64,000 bases of DNA from Octopus sinensis. Its lineage: Eukaryota. Shown piece by piece: positions 12,054-26,127 of the stretch. The stretch lies in assembly GCF_006345805.1 (NCBI RefSeq), contig NC_043010.1, positions 46,562,001 to 46,626,000 on the forward strand, in the 5' to 3' direction. Each line of letters begins with the position of its first letter. The stretch's first letter is position 1. Made by a program: the position numbers and the translations under genes. The notes below the pieces were generated by a model that made no database searches, was not told where the DNA came from, and was given only the letters and a program-made list of their open reading frames with translations.

Positions 12054-13728
12054 ATAATTTGTTCAAAGTTGAATTATTTTCTGGCCCTGAGAAAAAGGAA
12101 CCCAGCCATTGTGATTTGTAAAAATACAGTGTTTACTGTGAAACAAAGTGGAGACGAAACATTGCATTTCACAAAGTATTCAAGTTTCAGTTCAGTAATT
12201 GTAGCTGTGTGGTTAAGGGAGTTGCTTCCCAACCACATGGTTTCAGGTTCAGTCCCACTGTGTGACACCTTGGATAAGTATCTTATGCTATAACTTCAAT
12301 CCAATCAAAGCCTTGTGAATGGATTTGATTGAGAGAAACTGAAAGAAACCCATTGTATGTGTGCATTTCTGTAAAATCATGTGTTGTAAATGGGTGTCAT
12401 CATCATTCAAACACTGTTTTAATCTGGTTTGTGAGTGACTCTGCTATTGAATGAAGTTAAATTATCTTGTCATCATTTCAATGTGGTTTTGGAAGTTTTT
12501 CATTTATGAAGGAATGCACAAGCTCTATAGAAGGTGACAGAACCCCACTCTAGCAGTTGTTGAAATTGGAAAGAAACTTAAGGTCAAATGTAAGGTGAAT
12601 ATTTATAAATGCATTTGTCACTTGAGAGTTGTTGCATTAGATAGCAATTGGCAGCATCTGAGAAGCTGGCTTTATTTTTTTTCTTATTGTTAAGGATGGA
12701 ACACGTGGGTATGAGTGTGCCTGTCTGTCTGTCTGTCTCTTTCACTATCTCTGTGTTGCAACCTAGAGATATAGGGAGTGACAGAAAAGATAGAAATCAA
12801 GAGTAGCAGTGGGGGGACTCAGTTGAATGATTAACTTTTGGAAGTCGATCCCCCACACCACACCACACCCCACCAGTCATTAAGCTAATATTGTCTTTTC
12901 TCGATTGTCATCATCATCACCATCATTTTTATATCTCTCTTTTTTTTTCCATGCTGGCATGGGTTAGATGAGTCTTACTGAAGCAGTATTCATCAGTTAG
13001 ATGCCCATCTTTATGTTTATGAAATAAAGCATTTATATTCTACAAGTTTTCATTTATCAAAACCATCAAGCCACAGGATATATTGTTTACAGAAGATATG
13101 ATCATGATATTGCAGTCAATCACATAAGCAGTACCACACAAAGAGATGCAGAAATAAGCATCCACTTACATGCATATATCAGAGCTTTGTGCAGTTTTCA
13201 TCTACCAGTTTTAGTCACAAGGCAATGGTCAGCCCAGTGCTATAGTAGAAGACGCTTGCTCAGTGTGGGATGAACATATGGTCATACAACCTCTTTACCA
13301 CACATACATCTCTTAGCTTAAAAATTTCTAATTAGATTTCTGATACTCACTGCTTTAAATAGCTTATGCGGATATATTGAAAATACTTCATGGAGTGACA
13401 ACCATCCCCTGTGTAGTTAGGGGCTGCTTTTTGGCAAGGCAAAGCACCTGTTCAGCCACCCTTCCAGGGATACGGTGAAGTCATGGGACTGCAGCATGGT
13501 GAATTAGGAAGAGGCAGCTGAAGAGCTCAGCTGAGCCAACAGTGCTTCTTACAATTGGTGCTGGATGGACGAATCCTTGAAGATCAGGATCACCATCAAG
13601 AGAGTAACTGCAATGCATCCATTGGGGTGGCATCCATGGTTTTCTAATTTTGAAAGATTTGTTATAACTCAAGCTCAAAATTCAAATTCATAACAATGGA
13701 ATTGGATGGCAAGAGAGAGTCATGAGAA

Positions 13729-13959
13729 AGGTGGCAAGCTGGCAGAATTGTTAGCATGCCGGGCGAAATGCTTAGCGGTATTTCGTATGCCATTACATTC
13801 TGAGTTCAAATTCTGCCGAAGTCAACTTTGCCTTTCATCCTTTCGGGGTCGATAAATTAAGTACCAGTTATGCACTGGGGTCGATGTAATTGACTTAATC
13901 CCCTTGTCTTCCCTTGTTTGTCCCTTCTATCTTTAGCCCCTTGTGGGCAATAAAGAAAT
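13729..13959 (+). mobile_element. tRNA-derived SINE, family A (full length, with TSD)
   Basis: B box gagttcaaattc and a TSD of about 18 bp, aagaga(g/a)agtcatgagaa. Other copies lie at about 1575, 6830, 7205, 9060, 17615, 20441, 22560, 22765, 23847, 23934, 28365, 31715, 40035, 40515, 43305 and 48765. Confidence 0.9.
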
Positions 13960-15698
13960 AAGAGAAAGTCATGAGAATCTGCGAAAGTAACAAAACAAAA
14001 AATATTAATTTCACTACTTATACAAACATTTGTGCTGATGGCAGGATATGTGAAAAAATTCACCAAAATTGGAAGGGATCCTCTTTATAAATGCTTGTAG
14101 TTGAGAAATAACAGTTTAGCAGTTGTGTTGGTTGTGTTGCAGTTGTAAGTGCTTAAAAATTTTGTTTCATTTTGTCACCTAGCTTTTGTGAACTACATTT
14201 ATAAACTTTCCCAGTTAATTACTATACATAATTCTCTCTCTGTCTCCATGTTACCCTTTCCCTTTCATTATAGTGGCACAATTTCTGCTAAGCATTTGAG
14301 GTTTGGTAATGCATAAATCAGAGAGGGACAATGATGAAGCATTTGTCACTGTCATTCATCTCACTGTCCCAGACAGGTCAAGGTGAGGGACATTTTGTCA
14401 CACATAAAATTGGCAAAAATTCAAATTATTAGTTATGAGTAGTCAGTAAATCAGTTAATGACGTAGTTGTGACGAAAAATTTGCTAAGAAAAAACATGCC
14501 AGAATAGCTGTGTTTCTAACCATTTATCTGAATGACACATCTGCAGCTTAAGGCAAAAAATATTCTGATCTTGTTCATTCTCTATACTCTACTAATGATA
14601 TTAATACTGTACTCATGTTGTTTAGCCTCAGGTTAGTCCCAGGCAAGCATTCCAAATCACCCATTCAGTTTTATTTTCTAGGAGTGCAGTATCCAATGTG
14701 CTTTGTTTTTGTTTTGTTTTTGGTTGTCTTTTTTTTTCTCATTTTATTTTTAATATTTTCCCCCACATCCAATTCTCTGCTGTAGAAACTTTGACAGTGT
14801 ACCAGTCTAAAAATAATAAAAAGCTCAACCATTTCCCCGTCTTACCTAAAGATGATTCTGAGTATAAAGTGGCAACATAGAATTCCTGAGACAGAGTTCT
14901 CAGGCATAGCAATATTCCCATTTTGTTTGCCATACTCTAGGAAATTTGGCTGCATTGAACTGGACATGTTAATAATCTTCTTCTTTGAATTTACAAATGG
15001 AGTGTGTAGTGTTGGTGCACCTCCAGGGCCAGATTAAGATCCATAGAGGCCCTAAGCACTTAAAAGATTTTGGTTTCTCCATATGTATATATATTCAAGT
15101 TATGAACAATAATAGACCATAAAATAAACTTTCATTTCTCAAAATGAAACAAAACTAACAGTAAGATAGAAAAATGTTTTATTTTGACATCATGAACACT
15201 TCAAAATTATATTTCCAATCATATAAACCACTTCAAATATTATTTTAACAAGTTTTAAAGTGATTTCTTTTGTGCTGTAGACCATTTACCATTTCTGTGG
15301 TGTCCTCTTCCGTTAATGTCCTAAGCATGTGCTTATTTTACTCAATGGTTAGTCCAGTGCTGTACACTTCATAAAAGATTCAAAGATGCACTGAAAACAA
15401 CCTTAAAAGGCTGCAAGATTAATCCATGTTCTAAAGAGGAAAACTTGCTTGAGACAGATCTGCTTGGAAAGAAGCTTGCACTGGAGGCTGCAAGGTATTT
15501 TAATCATTTTGAATTTGTATAACAGAGGCCAAAAGGAAAATTCACCAAATCTACCCTAGCAATCCTGGTGTGAATGAACATCTGTATATGGTTTCTAGCA
15601 AATATATCTTTGCCAAAAGGGAGGTCTTAGTCACAGCAGGACCCATAAATGAGCTATTTCACCTTTGTATTTTTCAAACACACACACACACACAATAT

Positions 15699-15755
<57 letters not shown>

Positions 15756-15777
15756 TATATATATATATATATATATA

Positions 15778-15817
<40 letters not shown>

Positions 15818-18689
15818 ATACTGGAGTAAGCACATAAATGTGAAACAAGGTGGAAAAAAGAGTACTCAAAAACCAGAGATAGAGTAATATGCTTTATTTA
15901 ACAGCTTTTGTTATATTTCTGCTACTTTTAAATAAAGTATATATATGTGTGTGTGTGTGTATGTACATATGTACACATGCATTTATGTGTGTGTGTATAC
16001 AGCAACTGGATACAAGCTGCCAACTGCTCAACTGTTTGACCTTTATCAACTTATCTCTCCACAATCTCTTAACTCCTGGCTTATTAATGTCCATATAGGA
16101 ATTCAAGAATGGATATAGTTGGAATGGTGTGATGTTACTTTCTTTTTTGCTTATAAAAGAGTTGTGGACTGAACCCCTAACCCTTTAGCATTCAGATTTA
16201 TTCTGTTGAATGTGATGCTTATTTATTAAGCATCATTTTTTGAATTAGTCAAGTATCATCTCGTAGCACTGAGATTTCGATATAATGTTATTGATTATTT
16301 TTAAAATGACATTGTGGAGACCAGAACATAAAAAAGGGTAAAATATTTGGACCAGCATTCAGATTACTTTGTCAAATGTAAAGCATATTTATTCACATTG
16401 TTTTGAATTAATTATGTATAATCTCCTTGATTTAAAGGTACATGGCTCAGAGGTTAGAGCGTCAGGTTTATAATTCAATTCTAGACCGAGCTGTGTTTTG
16501 TGTTCTTGAGCAATTCACTTTATTTCATGTTGCTCCACTTCACTCAGCTGTAGAAATGAGTTGCGATATCACTGGTGCCAAGCTGTATCAGCCTTTGCCA
16601 TTCCCTTGGATGACATCGGTGGCATAGAGAGAGGAGGCTGGTATGCATGGGCAACATGCTGGTCTTCCATAAACAAATCTGCCTAGACTTCTGCCTGGGA
16701 GGGTAACTTTCTGGGTGCAATCCCATAGTCATCATGACCAAAGGGGGTCTTTTTTATCTCATAGATTTGAAATTTCAGTAATGTGATTTATTCAATTTAA
16801 GAATGACATTATAGGTGTAGATGTGAGAGGCAAGGTTTAGTGAGTTTGCATGTTAAATAAGTTGAATATTTTGGGCTGGATATGGCCAGTTTAAATACGA
16901 AAGGGTTGAAGCAAATGAAGTACTTATGAATTAATTATACAGTGACCTCTGAACTGAACCGTATTTGCACATGGGTTTCTAGTCATGGTTCCTATTCATA
17001 ACAGAAAATTGAGCGGAATCTTTTTATCTTCTTTCTTGTTTCAATCATTAGATTGTAGCCGTGCTGAGGCACCACCTTGAAGAATTTTTAGTTGGATGAA
17101 TCGACCCCAGCACTTGTTTTTTTTTAAGCCCAGTACTTATTTTATCGATCTGTTTTGCTGAGCTGCTAATTTACAGGGATATAAACACACCAACACCAGT
17201 TTCAAGCAGTGACAAGTTTCTTTCAATTTCTGTCTACCAAATCCACTCACAAGGCTTTTGTCAGCCCAAGTCTGTAGTAGAAAACACTTGCCCAAGTTGT
17301 CACCCAGTGGGACTGAATCCAGAACTATGTGGTGGGAAAGCGAGCTTTTTACCACACAGCCATGCCTGGTTTTTCTACCAAATACAAAAAGGGATACAAA
17401 ATAGTTAATTGGTCAGTATGTTATCAACTGGATTCAGTCCCACTGGGTGAAAACTTGGGCAAGTGTTTTCTACTCCAGACTTGGGCTGACCAAAACCTTG
17501 TGTGTAGATTTGGCAAACAGAAATTGAAAGAAGCTTGTCACATATATAAGTCAACTGTATTCACTATTCTAAAATATATAGCCTTGTACCAATGAAAAAA
17601 ACCCATTAATATTAGTTTCAGTTTTTGGCACAAGGCCACCAGTTTCAGGTAAGTGGCTAAAGTCAGTTGCATCAACCCCAGTACTCAAGTAGTACTTATT
17701 TCATTGACCCCGAAAGGATGAAAGGCAAAGCTGACTTTGGCTGAATTTGAACTCAGAAGACGCAGATGGAGGAAATACTGCTAAACATTTTACCTAACAT
17801 GCTAATGATTCTGCCAGCTCTACCTGCCTTAAAAGAAACCATTAGTATTATAGTTTCTGTCTTCTGTTAAGGTGCTTTTCATGACACCAACCCTCACCTG
17901 TTTCACAATTTCACAGAGGATTGGAAATGAAAGACATTACTTACATGATGGCAACACTTGCTTACAACTATCACATGATGTCAAGACACAGTAACACACA
18001 CACACACACATATATATAGCACATATATATATAATGGGTTTCTTTTCAGTTTGCGTCAACCAAATCCAATCACAAAGCTTTGGTTGGCCCAGGGTTATAG
18101 TAGAAGACACTTGCCTAAGGTGCTATACAGTGGGACTGAACCTAATACCATGTGGTTGAGAAGGAAACTTCTCACACCACACAGCCACTCCTGCACCTAC
18201 ACATGTTAAATAAATGATATAATGGTTAAGTAGAAGAGTGGTTGTTGTTGCTCAAGAATTAGCTAAACCAAAACACTACAAACTTTAGAATTGTCTCTAG
18301 ACAAGAACAAAGGAACAAGTTATTCTTACATCTGAATATAGATATTTTTGGTTTTGTGTTAAGCAATGTAATCCTGTTTCTAGGACTAAAGCTGTATTTT
18401 GTGTTGAATTCCATTTGAGATCTTTTGTGTTTCTGTTTTCTGAGCATAGTAAAATAAATAGCTCCTAGCAGCTATACTAGGGTTAAGATCATAGACGAAA
18501 AAATCCTGTTTTTACTATTTTCAAAAGCTTGAAATAATAGACAAAGTAGAAAATTAAATTTTATCAATTATCTTTGCTGCTAAGAAAAACATTACCTAAA
18601 TTACCTTAAATTATATAAAACACAAGATCTTCTTAATTTTACTGACGCTCTTGGACAGTATTTTCATATTTCAGAGTCCCCTCTTTCTC

Positions 18690-18720
<31 letters not shown>

Positions 18721-18983
18721 TTGTTTGTATCTCCTTGACTTGGTATTGCATGATAGTTGTAAAATGAGCATCACTGTTATACAAGCAATGTCATTCATCT
18801 CCAATATTCTGAAAGAACATGTCTTGGCATGCATGGCTGAGGGGAAAACATTATCTTACTTGGAAAAAGGTGAGAGCTGGCATGAGGAAGAGCACCCTGC
18901 CATAGAAAAACGCATCTCAGACAAACTCAGTTTGACTCATACAAGAATGGAAAAGTAGACGTCAAATAATGATGATAACAATG

Positions 18984-19015
<32 letters not shown>

Positions 19016-19334
19016 TCACATATACATATAATATCTACTTCTAGCATAATGGATGTCCACGTAGTAGTCATCCCTCTTATATGTATGTAATATAATGTTT
19101 CTGAATCTTCAGTTTTTAATATGCTAGACCACTGGTTCTAAATTGATATTAATCAAATTAATATTCAATTCTTCACCCTTATTATTTTAAATTTATATAT
19201 ATGTGTGAAGGGCATCCAGCTGTAGAAACTCTGCCAGATCAGATTGGAGTCTGGTGCAGCCATCTGGTTCGCCAGACCTCAGTCAAATCGTCCAACCCAT
19301 GTTAGCATGGAAAGTGGACATTAAACAATGATGA

Positions 19335-19388
<54 letters not shown>

Positions 19389-19484
19389 CCCCATGTACAC
19401 GTTTGCTTTCTCATTGGTAATGCTTTTCCTGTATATATGCGTAAATGTAATTCTTTTCTCAAATAAATTGCTTTTCATATCTGA

Positions 19485-19545
19485 GGCTCTGATGAAGCTA
19501 TAAGGTGTTACTCTGCACCTCATAGCAGAAACACCTGTAAACTAA
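19485..19545 (+). ncRNA. Hammerhead ribozyme motif with intact core and weakened stem I
   Basis: ggct-CTGATGA-a-gctat-a-aggtg-ttactctg-cacct-c-atagc-a-GAAAC-acct-GTA-aact. Stem II is well paired, but stem I has a mismatch. Confidence 0.6.
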
Positions 19546-19994
19546 TGCAGTTCATAAGATAATCATTTATTCCTTTGTCATCTCATTTTCTTATATCATT
19601 GTTCTTCAATAAACATAGAAGCAGCTGGTGGTTTACTGGCCCAAAGCCTATTGTTTCAACCTGTACTTTTCTGAAATTGCATTAAGCTCTTTTTAAGCAA
19701 GGTTCATTACATTTACTACTTTTGCCAATCTACTTGAAATTATTTACTACAGCTGTAACACATTCTACTTGAATGAAGAACTAAAAGGGGAAAAAAGAAA
19801 AGAAAAAGCTGTAAAACAAACTTCTTCAACAAACAATTTTTGCAAATTCTATTCAATTTGTTGGGCTTTTTTTAGTGCTTCAGCTGTAAATATACTCTGA
19901 TAATATTATCCATCAATTTCTCATATTCTTTTTTTTTTTTTTTTTTAAATAGTTTATCTTGTAAGAATGTTACAAATAATAATTACTCTTTTAA

Positions 19995-20352
19995 CTCTTT
20001 TACTTGTTTCAGTCATTTGGCTGCGGCCATGCTGGAGCACCACCTTTAATCGAGCAACTCGATCCCGGGACTTATTCTTTTGCCGAACCGCTAAGTAACG
20101 GGGACATAAACACACCAGCATCGGTTGTCAAGCAATGCTAGGGGGACAAACTCAGACACACACACACTCATATATATATACATATATACGACGGGCTTCT
20201 TTCAGTTTCCGTCTACCAAATCTACTCACAAGGCTTTGGTTGGCCCGAGGCTATAGTAGAAGACACTTGCCCATGGTGCCACGCAGCGGGACTGAACCCG
20301 GAACCATGTGGTTGGTAAACAAGCTAGTTACCACACAGCCACTCCTGCGCCT
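19995..20352 (-). mobile_element. tRNA-derived SINE, family B
   Basis: Reverse complement of aggagtggctgtgtggtaa...gggttcagtcccgctgcgtggcacc...aaatgactgaaacaagtaaaagag, with an internal (TG/TA)n tract. Confidence 0.88.
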
Positions 20353-21621
20353 ATTTATTTAACTATTGTTTTTTTATCAATGATTGCTCACCTGGCTCTT
20401 TTGTCTGATATACAAAATATACATTAACATTCACTAGAACAAGGCGGCGAGCCAGTAGAATCATTAGCGTGCTGGGTAAACAGCTTAGTAGCACTTCATT
20501 CATCTTTGTGTTCTGAGTTCTAATTCCGCAGAAGTTGACTTTGCCTTTCATCCTTTCAGGGTTGATAAAATAAGTACCAATTAAACTCTGGGGGTCAATG
20601 TAATTGACTAACCCTCTCCCCCGAATTTGCTGGCCTTGTGTCGATATTTGAAACCAATATTCATCAGAACATATTCCTTGTATGTTCACATAGGAATCAG
20701 CAAAAGCTTGTTCTGAAACACAGACTCTTGGCCTTTGCACTCTCTGATCCACAGTGCAACAACCAGTACAGTAATATAAAGAGCTTCTTTTTTTCTTTTT
20801 TTTTTTTAAGTCCAGTTTTAGAGATTTCCTTCCTCTGTCATGACATTGTTATTTCCCCCCATAAGACTTTCATTCAAAATATTTACATTTTGAAGGTTAT
20901 TTTTTTTTAGTATGAAAGCTCTCAATGGTTATCAGTTTATGCATTAAAATATTCACGTGTCCATTTTTTTGAAGTGATAAAGGATACTGCAAATATTATA
21001 AAAATGTTGGAGAGTACTCTAGAATTAAAAATAAATTTTGTAAAATTTGTTTATCTGACATTTTCTGTTAAGTTTTGACTCAATCCAAAAATTTTCGTTT
21101 TCCTGAGAATATTTCAGAATTTGTATTGTTATAATTCTACAGTATGTTTGGTTATTTTTTTGTTTTTTATTGTTTTTTTTTTGTTTTTTTTGTTTTTTAA
21201 GTTCAAAAATAGAATGGGGTGAGCTTTGTTTTAATTAGAAGCTGAAAACTAAAAACGAATAGAAAGTAATAGATTTTGGATTATTCTATGAAATATCACA
21301 CACACATACACACTCTAATTGGCTGAGCTGTTAGGCATTCTGGCATGCAGTGGCTTCTTTATTTTCTAGCAGACAAAACAAACTTGGTTTTTGTTTTTAT
21401 CTCACTTTATCTCTCTTTCCAGCTCCCCACCAATTACTTCCGCCCACTTTTGTCTAATGTCAGCAGCCATGTATCTCACTTCTGTTGCAAGAAACTTGTT
21501 CCAACCCTCTCCTTCATAGTCTAACCCAGTGTTTCTCAACCATGTTTTACCTATGGACCCCTTTCATTCCCATTTTACTTGGATGGACCATCATAGTCAT
21601 TCCATGTTAAAAAAAAGTCCT

Positions 21622-21801
21622 AGTGGCTGTGTGGTAAGTAGCTTGCTTACCAACCACATGATTCCAAGTTCAGTCCCACTGCGTGGCACCTTGGGCAAGT
21701 GTCTTCTACTATAGCCTCGGGCCGACCAAAGCCTTGTGAGTGGATTTGGTAGACGGAAACTGAAAGAAGCCCATCATATATATATATATATAGCAATAAT
21801 A

Positions 21802-21882
<81 letters not shown>

Positions 21883-22098
21883 ATATGTTTCTGTGTCTGT
21901 GTTTGTCCCCCTAGCATTGCTTGACAACCGATGCTGGTATGTTTACATCCCTGTAACTTAGCAGTTTGGCAAAAGAGACCAATAGAATAAGTACTAGGCT
22001 TACAAAGAATAACTCCTGGAGACAATTTGCTCAACTAAAGGCGGTGCTCCAGCATGGCCACAGTCAAATGACTGAAACAAGTAAAAGAGAGTAAAAGA
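21622..22098 (+). mobile_element. tRNA-derived SINE, family B, nested in an hAT-type MITE (21527-22203)
   Basis: Full family-B body. The flanks cagtgtttctcaacc... and ...tttgagaaccactg resemble the MITE at about 10763-10920. Confidence 0.85.
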
Positions 22099-24532
22099 GG
22101 ATTATTAGGAATTATATAAAAGAAATTGTTAAGATATTTTGCATATTGTTGAATTATAACCAATTTATTTTACGACAAAATGAACCCTATTTGAGAACCA
22201 CTGGTGTAACCTTTCATCACCTAGCATAAAGTTGAAAAGGATCTTAGTCTTGCAAGGGCTACCTCACTAGTGCTGGCCCCATGAAAAAAGCACTCAATAC
22301 ACTCTGTAAAGTGGCATGCATTAGGAAGGGCAACCAAACCTAGAAACCATGATGCAATCTCTGGACTTATCAGATCTGGTCAAACCGTCCAATCCATGCC
22401 AATATGGAATATGGTGATGATGGTGATTAAAAGAAAAAAGCTAATGGTGATGATTAACTCTGAGTCCCTAGCTGTAGTTAATCCTTCAATACAAGAATCC
22501 TATCATGCAAGAACTGGAAAAGACCAAACCCTGTGCAAACAATAATGGTTTCTAACATAATCGCATTGACAAGAAATATGAAAGGAGAGGGTCAGTTGAT
22601 AGATCTACCCAATACTCAACTGGTACTTTATTTTATTGGCTCCAGAAGGATGAAAGGTAAAGTTGACTTTGGTAGGATTTGAACTCAAAACAAAGATCCA
22701 AAACTAAGTACTGTAAGGCATCTCCATTTCTTATGTTAGTACAATCCTTCTGATAACACTAATAATCCTTTCTACTATAGGCACAAGGCCCAGAATTTGT
22801 GGGGAGGGGGATAGTCAGTGAAATCAATCCCAGTACTTGACTGGTACTTGATCTGAAAGGATAAAAGGCAAAATCAACATTAGCAGAATTTGAACACAGA
22901 ATGTTAAGATGGATGAAATGCTGTTCAGCATTTTGCCGGGTGTGCTAACGATTCTACCAGCTTGCCACCTTACAGATAACACTAATAATAAACACATACA
23001 TACAAACATACATACATAGACTCACACACATACACATTATTCATTCTAACCTTTCCCCAACTGTCTTTTCTAATTACAAACACACACACTCTCTCTCTCT
23101 CCCTTTATTCTTTTTCCTCCTTTCTCTCTCTCTCTTCCCTCGCTCTCTCTCTCCCCTTATTCTTTTTCCTCCTTTCTCACTCTCTCTTCCTCTTTCCCTC
23201 CCTCTCTCTCTCTCTTCCTCTTTCTCTCTCAGACTCTTTGACAAAGTACAAAATGATAGACTCCAATTTGTTCATGCTAATGTGTATAAAATGATTATAG
23301 CATTGCGTATAAAAGTATAATTACCTACGGTATTATGCCATACCTTTATGACAAATACCAACCGATAAAAGCAAGCTGCTGGCTGCTTCAGTTTGTGGTT
23401 ACTTAATAGTAATTCCTGGTTGTAGATATTTTATTTCACTTGCATCATCACCAGTGCCCTTGAAACAGACATAAACATCTCAACCTACATTTCCTTTCAT
23501 TTCTGTGTATATAGGTGTGTGTATGTAAAAACCATGTTGATTGATAAGAGTTGTTGATTAGGAACGCACACCAACATTCAACAGTTGACTAGATTAAATA
23601 AGATATATTTGAATATAATAAATTGAAATGAAATAGTTTTATTTTTTATATTTTGTGGCATTTCCTTTCAATTTAAGAAAAGTAAAATAACATTTAGACT
23701 TTCGATCATTTGACTGTGGCCATAGAGGGGCACTCCCTCGAATAATCTTGGTTTAATGAATCAACCCTGGTACTTATTTTTTGAGACTGGTACTTATTTT
23801 CTTGGTCTCTTTTGCTGAACTACTAAGTTATGGGGATGTAAACACATCGACCCCAAAAGGATGAAAGGCAAAGTCAACCTTGGTGGAATTTGAACTCAGA
23901 ACGTAACGGCAGACGAAATACCGAAATCCTTAACGGTAATTCATCTGCCATTACGTTCTGAGTTCAAATTCCGCCAAGTTCAACTTTGCCTTTCATCCTT
24001 TCGGGGTCGATAAATTAAGTACCAGTTACGCACTGGGGTCGATGTAATCAACTTAATCCGTTTGTCTGTCCTTGTTTGTCCCCTCTGTGTTTATCCCCTT
24101 GTGGGTAGTAAAGAAATAGGTGGTGGGACACATAAGCACACACACATTGCATGGCACCAAGTGTCTTCTACTATAGCTTTGTGTTGACCAAAACCTTGTG
24201 AGTGGATTTGGTAGTCAGAAACTGAAAGAATCCCATCGTGTATGTGTGTGAGTCTTTGTGGCTGTGTTTGTCTCCCACCACTGATTGGCAATCAGTGTTG
24301 GTGTGTTTGCATTTCCCCATAACTTAGCAGTTTGGCAAAAGAGACCGACAGACTAAGTACTCGACTTCAACAAAAAATAAGTACTGGTGTCGATTCCTTC
24401 AACTAAAAACTTTTCAAGGTGGTGCTCCAGCATGGCCACACCACAGTCTAATCACTGAAGCAAGTAAACGAATAAACATGCATACACACATTTACTCCTG
24501 AATTAAGTTATTTTAAATCTCTGCTTCTCCTG

Positions 24533-24860
24533 AGACCCCCTTCAGTCACGACACAGACCATGGGATTGCACCTAGAAAGTTACCCTCCCAGGCACAAGTC
24601 CGGGCAAGGTTGTTTATGGAAGACCAGCAGTCGTCCATGCATACCGGCCTCCCCTCTCCATGCCACCAGCGTTATCCAAGGGAAAGGCAACAGCCGATAC
24701 AGCTTGGCACCTGTGACTCATTTCTACAGCTGAGTGAACTGGAGCAACGTGAAATAAAGTGTCTTGCTCAAGAACACAACTTGCAACCTGGTCCGGGATT
24801 CGAGCTCACAACCTCACGATCGTAAGCTCGACGCTCTAACCACTGAGCCATGTGCCTTCA
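24533..24860 (-). mobile_element. tRNA-derived SINE related to family C (different 3' part)
   Basis: Minus-strand head tggctcagtggttagagcgtcgagcttacgatcgtgaggttgtgagctcgaatcccgg. The body matches 16437-16755 and 49220-49520. Confidence 0.85.
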
Positions 24861-26127
24861 CTACTTCTACTGTTTCTGTATTTGATCGACTCCCTGCCTC
24901 TATATTATCAACTCCCTCAATCTCAATCAATCACCCTTTATTACAATACAAAGCCTTTATAAGGATTAGAGGGGGAGGTGCAATAAGAGAATGTTACTAA
25001 CAAAAAGTTAAGAAACTAAAGCAATTCCTAAATTTGTGTTTATTGTTTACCCTGGGTCAGCCCTGATCAAATAGATTTATGATCAAAAAGCATTCCAACC
25101 ATGACCATCTCATTTTATTTTTCACAAGCAATGTATCTAGGATCTCCTTATCCACTATATCCTTCCTTTTTCCGTTTTATCTAAAACCAGTGGTCTGAGA
25201 TTTGGTAGAGATTTTACTTGCTGTTTCTCTCAAACTGGATGACCATGTAGAAGTCGATGACATCTGGAAATTATTTTCAACACGTAACGTAGGGGGATGG
25301 AGAAACAACATAAATTCTATCTCCTTTTTTTTTTTTTTTTATAATGAAATGAAATGACAAAAATGTAATTTCTGAAAAGCTGAAAAATTTATTGTATAAA
25401 ACCACATTCAGGAATGTTGGCACCGGACACATTGCCATTTCTGCTCTCTGACAAGTTATGTCATTCTATCTAACCCAAGTTATTTTCAACCTTATCCGAT
25501 TCATGTCACTCTGCAAAATACATCATTAGCTTTATGTGACGTGTGTATGTGTGTGTGTATACAAGCAAGGTATGGTTGTGTGGTAAGAAGCTTGCTTCGC
25601 AAACCACATGGCACCAGGTTCAGTTCCACTGTGTGACACCTTGAGCAAGTGTCTTCTACTATAGCTATGGGCAGACCAAAAGCTTGTGTATGGATTTGCT
25701 TGACAGAAACTGGAAAGCCTGTTATAGATACATACATGTGTGTGTCTGTGTTTGTCCTCCACCACTACTTGACAACTGGTGTTGGTGTATTTACATCCCT
25801 GTAACTTAGTGATTTGGTAAAAGAGACCAATAGGATAAATACTAGGCTAAAAAAAAAAATGAATTTTGGTTAGATGAATCCACCCCGGTGGATTTAAAAG
25901 CCTAGTACCTATTCTGTCAGTCTCTTTTGCTGAACCACTAACTTACAGGCTGTCAAGCAGTGGTGGTGGACAGACACAAGGAGACACACACACACACACA
26001 ACAAGCTTCTTTCAGTTTCCATCTACCAAATTCACTCACAAGGCCTCGGTCAGCCTGAGGCTATAGTAGAAGACATTTGCACAAGGTACCACTCAGTTTA
26101 AAATGTGTAAAACATATTTTCCATTGT

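Noticed and set aside
19077-19112. gtttctgaatcttcag (minus-strand CUGAAGA...GAAAC)
   Set aside because: Only 4 nt lie between the core halves, so no stem II is possible.
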